A DNA stretch of 64,000 bases from an uncultured Pseudomonadota bacterium (GTDB lineage Bacteria > Oederibacteriota > Muellerivitia > Muellerivitales > Muellerivitaceae). The stretch is from contig CAVYRH010000019.1 of the NCBI GenBank assembly GCA_963770835.1, forward strand, positions 192,001 through 256,000, read 5' to 3'. The notes beneath the pieces were generated by a model that was given only the letters and a program-made list of their open reading frames with translations, did not search any database and had not been told where the DNA came from. This document shows, in pieces, positions 1 through 9,648 of this stretch (its first letter is position 1; every line of letters begins with the position of its first letter). The position numbers and the translations under genes were made by a program.

Positions 1-257
1 ATTCCGTCGAGTTTCTTAAAATGCCCGGTTAAATAACGGTCCGTGATTCCCACGCCGCATCCCACGTCCAATATCTTCAAGCGGGTGGGATCTCCCACAT
101 AGCGGCGGGTCAGGTCCAGCAGACAGTTGACTTTGACCCGCGTAAAAAAATCCAGGTCCTGGCCGATGAAGGAAATGGATTTCTGGATCTCCTGCCGGTA
201 GGTTTCTTTATGACGCTCAAAATCCGCGCGGGGGGGTGCTGACGGGGTGGGTGGCAT
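1..257 (-). CDS. Class I SAM-dependent methyltransferase, 5' part (runs off the window start)
   Basis: Not in the ORF track. Manual translation from ATG at 257 gives MPPTPSAPPRADFERHKETYRQEIQKSISFIGQDLDFFTRVKVNCLLDLTRRYVGDPTRLKILDVGCGVGITDRYL..., containing SAM motif I (ILDVGCGVG). No stop before base 1. Confidence 0.8.
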   Translation of the reverse strand, partial: MPPTPSAPPRADFERHKETYRQEIQKSISFIGQDLDFFTRVKVNCLLDLTRRYVGDPTRLKILDVGCGVGITDRYLTGHFKKLDG

Positions 258-688
258 GGATATATTTCACTCCTGCGAAGGATTGGAACCGGCGGATCCG
301 CCGCCCGCAAGTGTACCATATTCGGTGTCTTTTCCACGCCCCGGAGCGGTTAAAGCCCCTTGGGATCTTCACCGCCGTGGCTGTTTCAAGGCAAAGGAGA
401 CTCCGAAATTTGGTCTGGTTTCCCAGAACCTTCCCAACCTTGCCGGACATTGGATTTTCTTGCGGATTAAAACCAAAGTTCCCCGTCCAAATAATCTTAG
501 GTGTCCGGTGGCATTGGCCCAACCTCTCCCCGGTGGGAGGGCTTAAAATTTTTATTCGCCGTTTTAACGGACAGGTATCCAACCGGCGGGATGCCAAAAA
601 AGGTGTTTCCTTGACGGGCGGAAAGCTTTGCAGTATATCTAGGCCGGTATTTCAAACGACTTCGGCTTCGAAAGCGGATTTTCAATCT

Positions 689-3130
689 ATGAAAAACTCC
701 GGCAGGTCATCCCCAGGAACCAAACGGAATAAAATTTCAACACCGGAAAAGCCAAGCTTCCCTCCCCCTTTGCAGCGGGCCATAGCGGTTGGAGCGGGGT
801 TGTTTCTGGGAGGTTATCTCGTCGTAACCCACCAGACGCTTTTCCACACCTTAGCCGGCTTCGCCTTATGGGCTGTCGCGATTTCCCTTTCTTTGGTTTG
901 GTTTCCCCAGGTGCCTGGGGCTGAAATTTTTTCCAGGTTGCTGGCTCCAGGATCGAAAGGAAACCACGAATGGAGTTTGGGGAAAATAACCCTCGTCGGG
1001 ACCGGCGTCCTGGCGGCTTTGGGCCTTTCAAATTACTTCCTGGGACAAACAAGGGTGTGGTTTTTTCTTCTTTCGCTACTCATCCTGGGATGGTGTTTAA
1101 CCCTCTTGGAGGACCACCTCCCCCGCCCTTTGGGTGACCAGGTTTCGGAACCATCCGTGCTCCATAGATTCAGCTTTCCTTGGTCGGCGGTCGCCATCCT
1201 TTTGTGCGGTTCCTTTTTTCTCTTTTACCGTTGGCACGCGCTTCACATAGGCTACGATACGGATGGTATCAAAAGCCTTGAACTGGCCGAAGCCTGCGTG
1301 TCGGAATTCACGACTCCCTACGTGGACGGCTGGGTTCCGGGCAACCCCATCTTTCCCTATTTCCTGATGGGTATTTTCTTTAAGTTGGTGGGCATTTCGT
1401 TTGACAAGGGAGTCCTTTTTATAGCCCTCCTCAACTTGGCGGGTTTTCTTTTCTTTTACGGATTTGCCCGTTTTTACCTCCCCAAGCTGCCCGCCCTGGC
1501 CGCGACCCTTTTTTTTTCCATGTCGCATTGGGTTATTTATCCCGCCCGGGAAATCACCGGAATAAGGGGAATGCTTGTTCCTTTTGAGTGCGCCGTTCTC
1601 TTCTTTTTCGCGCGCGCCTTGGAAAGCGGCAAAGCCCGGGATTATGCCCTTTTCGGGACTCTTCTGGCCGTTTCGGTGTTGATCGGCCTTCAAAACTGGA
1701 TTTTAGTGCTTTTATTCATTCTGGCCCTGTCGATCTTTTGGATATTCCGCCCTTCCCTTATTCAAAACCAAAAATGGTCCTGGGCACTGGCCCTGCTGGT
1801 TGCTCTTCTTTGGTATTTTCCGATCCTCCTTCATTTCAGCGAAGGCAACGCCTATGGCTTCTTCATGGACCAATTCAATACTAAAAGCGTTTGGCACGGG
1901 CCGAGGATTCCTTGGGACAGCGTCTACATGGGCCTGCGAATGTTCAATGTCGGTTCCCAGGAAAACTTGGTGAACTTTCTCCCGCTCTTGAGCCCCTGGG
2001 AAGGGATTTTCTTCCTGGCGGGCTTGGGTTTTTGTTTAAGGCGTTTTTTCCGGCTTTCCTCCCTTTTTGTCATCCTGGGCTTTTTAGGAGGCCTGGCCCC
2101 CGCCATTCTGACGATTGTCAATACCACTTTGAGGTCCTTGACGGCCGTCCCCTTCGTTTTTTTGCTGGTGGGCATCGGATTGGACCGACTGGGGATGGTG
2201 CTGACCGCCCCCCTGGGCCGCCGCGGAAGGGCCTGGGGTTTCCTCTTAGGAGGGGCAATCCTCGTCTTGGCGGCCGGGTGGCACTTCGACGCTTTTTTCA
2301 ACCAGATTCCCCGGTACAAGGATTCTTATTGGATCCCCAACGGGCGGGCTTATCTATTTGGAACCATCACCGCCAAGCACCTGCAGGGATGGGATACCTA
2401 CGTCGATTTGTGGGACGGGACCTACTTGCACCCCGAAAACAATTATTTCTATTCAAGAGCCGATATGGAGAAGGGTCGAAGAATCATTTTCCGCCCGGAT
2501 CAATCACCCCTGCCCTTAAAAAACATCCCTGAAAAGGGCGCCCTTATCCTCTTCCCCGACAAATTGGGAAAAACCTACCGGGATTCGATCAACTATTACT
2601 ACCCCGCGGCCCAGGAGAAGGAAATCCTCAACCCCTTTGGGGATGTGGAATTCCGGTCTTGGGAAATAAGCCCGGTCGAGATCCAGGAGGCCTTGAAACG
2701 GCCGGCGCCTTTGGAAGGCATGACGCTCGGTTATTTTGATGCCCAAGGTCGGAAGCTTGGCCAATGGCAGATCCCCACGCTTTCGGCGGAGCTGCTTAAC
2801 GAAGAATGGTTTGCTCCTTGTACGGATAAACCGCCTTTTCCCTCGGAAAAAATTGCCTATTTCGTGGTTCAGGGGAGTTTAGAGAATCCCGCCGGAAAAG
2901 TTTTGGCCTTTGAAACAAGCGGTCGGGCGGATGGATTCATCGGCAACCGGAAAATCCAACTCGATGGACAGGGTTCCTTAAAGCGCTTCGAGATTCCCCT
3001 ACATTCCAAGAAACCTGATCATTTTGAGATCCGTTATTTCCTTCCAAAAGAAGGAAGGTTCGATCTCAACCTTTGGGAGCGTACACCCTTGGGTTGGGAC
3101 ATGGTCCCTTCCTCGGAATTAAACCCCTAG
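689..3130 (+). CDS. GT-C fold (PMT_2/ArnT-like, GT39/83-like) membrane glycosyltransferase with degenerate C-terminal PA14-like domain
   Basis: Likely start ATG 689 (MKNSGRSS). Many hydrophobic helices, loop GYDTDG, and a soluble C-terminus ending FEIRY...LNLWERTPLGWDMVPSSEL like the PA14 ends of the paralogs. Confidence 0.75.
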   Translation: MKNSGRSSPGTKRNKISTPEKPSFPPPLQRAIAVGAGLFLGGYLVVTHQTLFHTLAGFALWAVAISLSLVWFPQVPGAEIFSRLLAPGSKGNHEWSLGKITLVGTGVLAALGLSNYFLGQTRVWFFLLSLLILGWCLTLLEDHLPRPLGDQVSEPSVLHRFSFPWSAVAILLCGSFFLFYRWHALHIGYDTDGIKSLELAEACVSEFTTPYVDGWVPGNPIFPYFLMGIFFKLVGISFDKGVLFIALLNLAGFLFFYGFARFYLPKLPALAATLFFSMSHWVIYPAREITGIRGMLVPFECAVLFFFARALESGKARDYALFGTLLAVSVLIGLQNWILVLLFILALSIFWIFRPSLIQNQKWSWALALLVALLWYFPILLHFSEGNAYGFFMDQFNTKSVWHGPRIPWDSVYMGLRMFNVGSQENLVNFLPLLSPWEGIFFLAGLGFCLRRFFRLSSLFVILGFLGGLAPAILTIVNTTLRSLTAVPFVFLLVGIGLDRLGMVLTAPLGRRGRAWGFLLGGAILVLAAGWHFDAFFNQIPRYKDSYWIPNGRAYLFGTITAKHLQGWDTYVDLWDGTYLHPENNYFYSRADMEKGRRIIFRPDQSPLPLKNIPEKGALILFPDKLGKTYRDSINYYYPAAQEKEILNPFGDVEFRSWEISPVEIQEALKRPAPLEGMTLGYFDAQGRKLGQWQIPTLSAELLNEEWFAPCTDKPPFPSEKIAYFVVQGSLENPAGKVLAFETSGRADGFIGNRKIQLDGQGSLKRFEIPLHSKKPDHFEIRYFLPKEGRFDLNLWERTPLGWDMVPSSELNP

Positions 3131-3193
3131 GAAAGGAACACTTTGCGCGGCCCCGGATTCTCAGGGTTTCAAGCCTAAAGTCGGGAGAAATTT

Positions 3194-3901
3194 ATGCCAA
3201 AAACAGCGAAATCATCCACAAAGCCGAAACGCCCTTTAACTGTGCGGCAAGAGGGCACCGCCCGGACTTTTCGATCGGCCACCAACAACACCCGCGCCCG
3301 CATTGCTTTTGTCTCTTTACTTTTTGCCTTGGCGTTTTTGCTCACTTTTCATTCCAACTTGCGGATGGCGCGGCTTTGGTTGAGCCATGATGTGTTTGAA
3401 AGGCACAGGCTGAACTTCAGTTTGGAGGGTGTTCCGGCTGAATGGGGATACGCGGCATGGCTGGGCCCGCCACAAGAAATCCCGGCCGGCTCTAGGTTTC
3501 CATGGGAGCAGCCGGCAAGCGAAACGCCGCGGAATATTCCACCTTTACTTAACCATAATATTGGCGGCGGCCCATTGGTGATTAACGGCGTCACCTTCCA
3601 GTCAGGGGTCGGCACCCATGCCCCGGGGAAAATCGCCTTCTCGCTTGACGGAAAATTCAGCCGTTTCTCCTGCGGGGTCGGTTTGGACGCAACCTCAGTC
3701 TTAAGCCGGGGCGTGATTTATACCGTGATCGCCGACGGACGGGAAATCCTCCGAAGCCCAAAATTGAATTCAGACGCCGATCCCTATCCGGTGGACGTCG
3801 AAGTGGGCGGGGTCCATGAGCTGGTTTTGAATGCCGTGCAAACTGATTTTGCCGACACCAGGAGCAATGTGGATTGGGTGAACCTGAAGTTCGAGAAGTA
3901 G
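3194..3901 (+). CDS. Membrane-anchored NPCBM/NEW2 carbohydrate-binding domain protein
   Basis: Basic N-terminus, one TM helix, then the NPCBM pattern PLVINGVTFQSGVGTHAPGKIAFSLDGKFSRFSCGVGLD...VDVEVGGVHELVL...DWVNLKF. Confidence 0.8.
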   Translation: MPKTAKSSTKPKRPLTVRQEGTARTFRSATNNTRARIAFVSLLFALAFLLTFHSNLRMARLWLSHDVFERHRLNFSLEGVPAEWGYAAWLGPPQEIPAGSRFPWEQPASETPRNIPPLLNHNIGGGPLVINGVTFQSGVGTHAPGKIAFSLDGKFSRFSCGVGLDATSVLSRGVIYTVIADGREILRSPKLNSDADPYPVDVEVGGVHELVLNAVQTDFADTRSNVDWVNLKFEK

Positions 3902-3946
3902 TCGGGTTTAGAGAAGGGGCGGCGCTCAAATGGCAAGGACATTCGG

Positions 3947-6900
3947 TCAGCGGATTTCACCAAAGGCTGAATTGGGCACTACTTCCGGCACCCCGTTGGG
4001 CTTCAACCAGATGAACGAGTAGCTCCCAAAGCCTCCTCCGTTATTAGCCGCGAAAGCTTCCACCGAATGGGGGCCTTTCTTTAAAACGAGGCCCTTCCTT
4101 CCGGACTCCGTCGCGTCCTTGCCGTCGATCTTGATTTGTCCCAAATTGGCAGGGGTGAATGAAACCCGGTAGTTTCCAGGTTCCTCGACCATGAGGGTTC
4201 CGCTCCAGCGGATCGAACCGATGGGTTGGGTGGCGAAGTCGTTCCCATTGGTGTAATTCAAAACGGGGTCCCACTCCTCCAAAAAGGGTTCTCCCTTCCC
4301 CTCCGGGTCACGGTAATAACGGCCTAACAAACCCCGGGGGGAGGGCAGGCTGTCAAAGGAACCGGCGTCCAGCATGATGGGAATCCCTGTTTTGGGCGTT
4401 TGTTGGACCGTTAACACCGGTGCCACCGCATCCGGTGCAGTCAGCTCCACTTCGATGGGGTGTTCGCCTTTTTCCAAGTGGAAATAGCCGCCCGGCGCGG
4501 CCTTTTGGTTTTTAACCTGCAATACCGCTTCCGCGTTGCCTTTGAATTCCCACTTGTAATCGCCCGTCTGCGGAACATAAAGGTTTCCGGATAAAACCGC
4601 GTGATAGGGGCCCTTCGGCAGCCCGGCCGGGAACTGGTTGACCTGCGTTTTCTCAACTCCCTCCACTGGCCTGTCGAAAAGGGCGGTCAAACCCCTGACT
4701 TTTGCCACCTCAGAGGGAGGCACCCGGTAAAAATACTCCGCGGTATTTCCCGCCGGATCCAGCAGATAGCCCGCCGTACCTCCGGGATAAAGGTTCGTGA
4801 GCATGTCCAGGACGCCCGTCCGGCCCTGCTCAATGGCGTAATAAATCCCGCGGGAAACGGTCGGGAAATGGGAAATTTGGCAATCGGGTAACAGCAGGGG
4901 ATGGAGCCGGTCCTGGTGGAAGTAACCGAAGAAGTCGATGGTGTAATAATTGAAATACACGGGCGAGATGTAATAGTCGTAATCATCGCCAAATTTGGCG
5001 ATCGCCTTGCCGATGGCCGTTTCCCGGGCCGAGTATTCGGACCAGCTGGAAATGCTCCTCGCCATGATCCGGAAATAAGCATCATAGTTCTGCAGGGCCA
5101 TGAAGAGCAGGGGCAAGGCAAACAACGCCGGGAAGGCCAAGTTCCCCTTCTCGCCAAAAAGGTTCCGGAATCGGCCCCAAAGGGCGGCCAGGGGCAGGGC
5201 CGCCAGCAGGGCGATGAAGGGCGTGGTTCCCAGCATGCGGTTGGCGTGGGCGGCGTCGATGGAAAGCACGCAAGGCACGGTCATCACCAAAAGGCCCACC
5301 AGGCCGTAGAACCAAGGCTTCTTGCGCAGGAAAACCATCGCGCCCACAATCCCAAAAAGGAAAAGGACTGCCGTAACGTCGTCCAACATGCGGTAATCCT
5401 GGATATTGTGGCGGGACATGGCATCCCCGTGCCAGTTGAACATAACAGCCGTGCGCCAGAGGTTGTAGATGAGTGGCTGGTAGTTAGTGACATTCTGATC
5501 GTGCATGCGGGAAAAGATCAGCAGATCCCCTTCCCGGCTTCCCCCCAGCTGCTGCCGAATGTCGTAAGTCCTTTGAATAAATGGATAAGCCAGCACCAGG
5601 AAGACGATGGAAAAGCCCAACAGGGATTTCCAACTGTCCCGGACCAGTTTCCAATGGGAGGCAATTTCGTAGGCGGCGAAGAGCAGAATGAGCAGGGGAA
5701 CGATCTTATAGGCCTGGTAGGTGTAAAGCCCGATGGCGAAGAAGGCACCCGCGATAAGCGCCGAAAGGTAGGATTCCCTGTTCTTATTGGCCTTCCAGAA
5801 ATAAACAACGCAGGCCACACCGGCCAAAAACAAAAGCACCGTCAAAACCACGACCGGTAAATGCATTACTTCCAAGACGGATTTATAGGCAAAGAAGAGG
5901 AAAGGCAGGCAACCTAAAAGGAAGAAAAGCACGAAAGCGATGGCCGCAGGGCGGAAAAACTTTTCTTTCGTGGGGCGCAGGGAATAGGTCAGGAAAGCCA
6001 GTGTGCCGAACAGGTAAAAAGGCACTTCGATGGTCGGGAAGCCGTTTCGGCTGAAATTGACGTTCCAGCGCATGACCGCCAGCACGAAAAGGCCCAAAAG
6101 CGCAACGCGCTGCCCGCCGATCTGCCGGAAGGTCCAATAAACCAGGGGGAAGGTGGCCAGGGACAAAAGGGCATAGAAAAGGTAAAACCCGAATTGGGAC
6201 GGAATGCAGTGGAAAGGCGAAAGGCAGAGGAACCACCCGGCCAATTGGTAAAGCAAAAGGGCGGGATTCTGCCAGACATCGAATTCCCAGACCGGCCAAT
6301 AGGAATGTTCGTGAAGGATGCGAAGAGCCGACCAGCCTTCCATTCCCTGGTCGATAAACATGCCCGAAGGCATGGAACCCAACCGGAAGATCCTAAAAAA
6401 GGCCGCCAGCAACAGAATGGCCCCGAAGGCAAAACACTCCACCCTTCCAGGGAGCGGCGCGGGTTCGGGTTCACCTTTAGTGCGAAGCAGGAAAAGGCCG
6501 GCAGTGAAAACCGCGCCAGCGAGGAAATAGAGGCCCCAAAGACCCCAACCAGGAACCTGGGAGGAATTCACCACTGCGGCCTGGCAAAGCCCGCCGATGA
6601 AAAATCCCAGTAGGACCAGGACCAGTCCGGCCCAAGTAAGCGGGGTGGGGCCGGTTCCTTTCCATCGCAGGGACAAAGAACGGCCCGAGGTGCTGCGGCG
6701 GGCCTTCCCCGCTTTGGGAGGCGGGGAGGGGCGGCCGGTCCCTTTCCGGGGCTTAGGCAAGCCTCCGAGCAGGACCAGCGCCAGCAGGGCCAGGGGTACG
6801 GCCAAGAGGGTAAACCCCAGGACCACGCTTCCTTTATGAATCAGCCAAACCCCCGCCGCCGACAATAGGAGGGCATAGGCGGTGACGGCATTTGGATGTA

Positions 6901-6994
6901 AAAGGGATAAAAGGAGGTTTTTAAGGTGTAAAAAAACCGGGGGACGGCGGAATGAAGTGGATTTCTTTATGCGGGATTTCTTCCGGGTTGCCAT
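3947..6994 (-). CDS. GT-C (PMT_2-like) glycosyltransferase with two C-terminal PA14 domains
   Basis: 1015 aa. FFRIFRLGSMPSGMFIDQG loop, multiple TMs, and PA14 motifs SGNLYVPQTGDYKWEF and RGLLGRYY...SIRWSGTLMVEEPGNYRV...KKGPHSVE. Confidence 0.85.
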   Translation of the reverse strand: MATRKKSRIKKSTSFRRPPVFLHLKNLLLSLLHPNAVTAYALLLSAAGVWLIHKGSVVLGFTLLAVPLALLALVLLGGLPKPRKGTGRPSPPPKAGKARRSTSGRSLSLRWKGTGPTPLTWAGLVLVLLGFFIGGLCQAAVVNSSQVPGWGLWGLYFLAGAVFTAGLFLLRTKGEPEPAPLPGRVECFAFGAILLLAAFFRIFRLGSMPSGMFIDQGMEGWSALRILHEHSYWPVWEFDVWQNPALLLYQLAGWFLCLSPFHCIPSQFGFYLFYALLSLATFPLVYWTFRQIGGQRVALLGLFVLAVMRWNVNFSRNGFPTIEVPFYLFGTLAFLTYSLRPTKEKFFRPAAIAFVLFFLLGCLPFLFFAYKSVLEVMHLPVVVLTVLLFLAGVACVVYFWKANKNRESYLSALIAGAFFAIGLYTYQAYKIVPLLILLFAAYEIASHWKLVRDSWKSLLGFSIVFLVLAYPFIQRTYDIRQQLGGSREGDLLIFSRMHDQNVTNYQPLIYNLWRTAVMFNWHGDAMSRHNIQDYRMLDDVTAVLFLFGIVGAMVFLRKKPWFYGLVGLLVMTVPCVLSIDAAHANRMLGTTPFIALLAALPLAALWGRFRNLFGEKGNLAFPALFALPLLFMALQNYDAYFRIMARSISSWSEYSARETAIGKAIAKFGDDYDYYISPVYFNYYTIDFFGYFHQDRLHPLLLPDCQISHFPTVSRGIYYAIEQGRTGVLDMLTNLYPGGTAGYLLDPAGNTAEYFYRVPPSEVAKVRGLTALFDRPVEGVEKTQVNQFPAGLPKGPYHAVLSGNLYVPQTGDYKWEFKGNAEAVLQVKNQKAAPGGYFHLEKGEHPIEVELTAPDAVAPVLTVQQTPKTGIPIMLDAGSFDSLPSPRGLLGRYYRDPEGKGEPFLEEWDPVLNYTNGNDFATQPIGSIRWSGTLMVEEPGNYRVSFTPANLGQIKIDGKDATESGRKGLVLKKGPHSVEAFAANNGGGFGSYSFIWLKPNGVPEVVPNSAFGEIR

Positions 6995-7176
6995 AAATTC
7001 CTTATGAAGTGAAATGTCGTCGGCGCCCTTGGCGGCTAAATTTTATCCTAGGAGTTTTGAATTGCCAACCTTCAACCCTTCCAGGAAGCCCTTTCTTTCT
7101 TCGCTTTTTCCCGCCTCGCTTCCCCCTTCCACTAGTAAAGTCAAGGATTGGAAATCGATGCGCCCGCACTTTAAAT

Positions 7177-9645
7177 TCAAGGGCCTGCAGGAGAAACCCC
7201 GCCGTCTTGGGCGAGGTCGTCCAGGGGCTCGGCCCATCCCTCCGGGTCGGAACGTACCAGGACTTGCGGAATTTGGTGTTCCTGGTTAAACGCGGTTAGG
7301 ATTTCGGCTTCATGCTTTCCCACAGCCAGGTTCAGCTTCACCGATTTGAGGAACAATCCCGTGGGCCGTTTGACCTCCAATATTTCCCGGCCATCCACCC
7401 AAAGCTGGCTGGTATTGAGGGTCTGGAGGATAAAAGTGTAGTCACCCGACTTGGGTGCGATCAAGGTTCCCGAAACGCGGGCCGTATTGCCGCCGCCCAT
7501 GTAGTCAAGGGAGTCGGCGTCGTTCCAGTGGGCCTGCCGGTCCTCGTAGCGCATCAGGCCGCGGCCTAGCCCCAGGTTCCCGTAAAACCTCCGCCACCAA
7601 AAGGAACCCGGCTTGTACTCGACGTAAAAAAGGTCCTTGGAGTTTTGGGTGATCTGGGCAAAGGGGATCACAACCCAACGCAGGACGATCTGGGGATAAT
7701 CCAGGGACTTTTCATGCCATGTGCCGCCCGGATAGGCCTGGCTTAATTTGGTTTGGCAGGCGGTATCCCCGCCGGCCATGATCACCGCCAAATCCTTTCC
7801 CTTTTCCCCTTCCTCTAGGTCGATGGGGTTGGAAGCGAGCATCTGATGAGCGTCCCGGCCCTCACTGATCAAATCGATGGCGGATTCGCCGAAATAACCC
7901 TGGGTCGAGGCCGTGTAGATACGATCCTGTGGAAGGGTGTTCATCACGTCCTGCGACAGGGTATCCGGCCAGCGCATGTCCATCCACTTTTTCAGTATCT
8001 GGATATTGGAGGCCAGCATCCAGAGGCCGAAGAGCAAAAGCAGGGCCGTACCCCAGGCCCCACCTTTCTTCACCGGGGAGAGGCGGAAAGCCTGCCACAA
8101 CCGGTAGGCGCCCCAGGCGGCGATCAGATACATGGGAAGAAGGGCGGCCATGAGCCGGTTGGAATGGGCGCCGTGGGTGACGAAGAACGAGGTATATCCG
8201 ATGAAGAAAAGGCCCAGGACCGAGGCTTGGATTAGGCGGGGCTTGGCGAAAAAGGAGGCCAGGGCCGCCGCCCCAAAGGCCGGGATGAAGAAATCCATGT
8301 AGGAATCCTCATGCATGGGGGGAATATTCCAAAAGGGATTCGTGTCGTCATAGCTGAACATCAGCCGGAAGCCGTTCCAAAATGTCGCGAAAAGGTATCT
8401 CCAGGCTTCAGCCAGGGCGAGCCCGTAACGCGGGTTGAAGATCACCGTCTCATTGGCATGGTCCGAGTAGACGGGTTGTGCCCAAAGCGGGCTTAAAAGC
8501 AGGGCTGTCAAAAGGGCGCCCGTGGCCCATTTCCAGGTCCAATCGTTCCCCCGGGTCTGCCAGCCGGCCCAAAGATAAAGCGCGGCCAGGACCAAAACGA
8601 TGGCCGGCAAACCCGCCCCTTCAGCGAAAAACCGCACGCCCGACCAGGAGTGGGAAAGCACGACCTGGTTGACATAGGCGAAGGCGAAAACCCAGCCGGC
8701 CATGACACCGAAGGCCAGGGCCCAGGTGGCCCGGCTCTTCGGCCGGGTTTCGGGGCGCCAAAGGATCCACAACCACAAAAAACCTATCACCGCGGGGGTC
8801 CATAAGCGGAAGGCCACGTAAATCCACGACCCCAGGGCCATGGCCAACCCCCATTGGATGAAATGGGACAGTTTCGGGTTTTTCAGGAGCCGGAAAAGGA
8901 AAAGCAGGGTCAAGGCGCAGGCCAGCACATCCGTGTGGAACCCAAAATTGATTTTGGAAATCTGGATAAGGGTCTTGCTGATGGTGCCCATGGCCATGAG
9001 GATCAATCCCCCGCGCCGGCCGCCAAATTCCTTGCCCAGCAGGTAAAAGGACCAAAGGATGAAAAGATCCACCAGGACCGAGGAGAGGGTCAGGGCGACG
9101 TTGGCCGTGGCCTGCGGTATGAGGGACCAGACCCCTGCGGAAAGATAGGCGAAAAAGGGCTCCCGCAGGCCGTAGGGCAGGAGGATGGGCCTGTCCCCGT
9201 ATTCCATGATATCAAGCGCCTCGTGGGCGCACATCCAGTGGTCATTATCGATGCAACCCGAAATACGGTTGATGTCATGTAGCCTTAAGGCGGCTCCCAG
9301 GACCAGCAAAGCGAAAAAAAGAGGCCGGGAAACCCGCGTGGGGAGGTCTTCGACCATGCCATTCTCCGGAAGGCGGCGGAAAAAATAAACCAGCCCCACG
9401 AAGCCGGCCAAAAGGAGGAAATAGAAAACCGTGGTCGGAAAAGGACGCCAAAGGGGAAGCACGAATTTGGCGTTGGGAAGGGTGAAGAGCGCTAGCAACA
9501 CCAGGACCCAGGAGGCGATCAGGCCGGCAAAGCCTCGGGCCGGAAGGGTCTCCGGTGCGGGGGCCTTGACTACGGCCGGTTTCCCGCCCCTCTTGGGCTT
9601 CAACCCTTTGGGCGCAGGACGCTTTTTCCCGGGACGGGAGGCCAT
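7177..9645 (-). CDS. GT-C (PMT_2-like) glycosyltransferase with C-terminal PA14 domain
   Basis: ALRLHDINRISGCIDNDH loop, GLREPFFAYL, many TMs, PA14 VSGTLIAPKSGDYTFIL...LWVDGREIL...GKHEAEI. Confidence 0.85.
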   Translation of the reverse strand: MASRPGKKRPAPKGLKPKRGGKPAVVKAPAPETLPARGFAGLIASWVLVLLALFTLPNAKFVLPLWRPFPTTVFYFLLLAGFVGLVYFFRRLPENGMVEDLPTRVSRPLFFALLVLGAALRLHDINRISGCIDNDHWMCAHEALDIMEYGDRPILLPYGLREPFFAYLSAGVWSLIPQATANVALTLSSVLVDLFILWSFYLLGKEFGGRRGGLILMAMGTISKTLIQISKINFGFHTDVLACALTLLFLFRLLKNPKLSHFIQWGLAMALGSWIYVAFRLWTPAVIGFLWLWILWRPETRPKSRATWALAFGVMAGWVFAFAYVNQVVLSHSWSGVRFFAEGAGLPAIVLVLAALYLWAGWQTRGNDWTWKWATGALLTALLLSPLWAQPVYSDHANETVIFNPRYGLALAEAWRYLFATFWNGFRLMFSYDDTNPFWNIPPMHEDSYMDFFIPAFGAAALASFFAKPRLIQASVLGLFFIGYTSFFVTHGAHSNRLMAALLPMYLIAAWGAYRLWQAFRLSPVKKGGAWGTALLLLFGLWMLASNIQILKKWMDMRWPDTLSQDVMNTLPQDRIYTASTQGYFGESAIDLISEGRDAHQMLASNPIDLEEGEKGKDLAVIMAGGDTACQTKLSQAYPGGTWHEKSLDYPQIVLRWVVIPFAQITQNSKDLFYVEYKPGSFWWRRFYGNLGLGRGLMRYEDRQAHWNDADSLDYMGGGNTARVSGTLIAPKSGDYTFILQTLNTSQLWVDGREILEVKRPTGLFLKSVKLNLAVGKHEAEILTAFNQEHQIPQVLVRSDPEGWAEPLDDLAQDGGVSPAGP

Positions 9646-9648
9646 GGA

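Noticed and set aside
236..688. 151-aa N-terminal extension of the first GT-C in the ORF track
   Set aside because: It overlaps the start of the divergent methyltransferase and looks non-protein-like. ATG 689 gives a basic-tail N-terminus like the paralogs.
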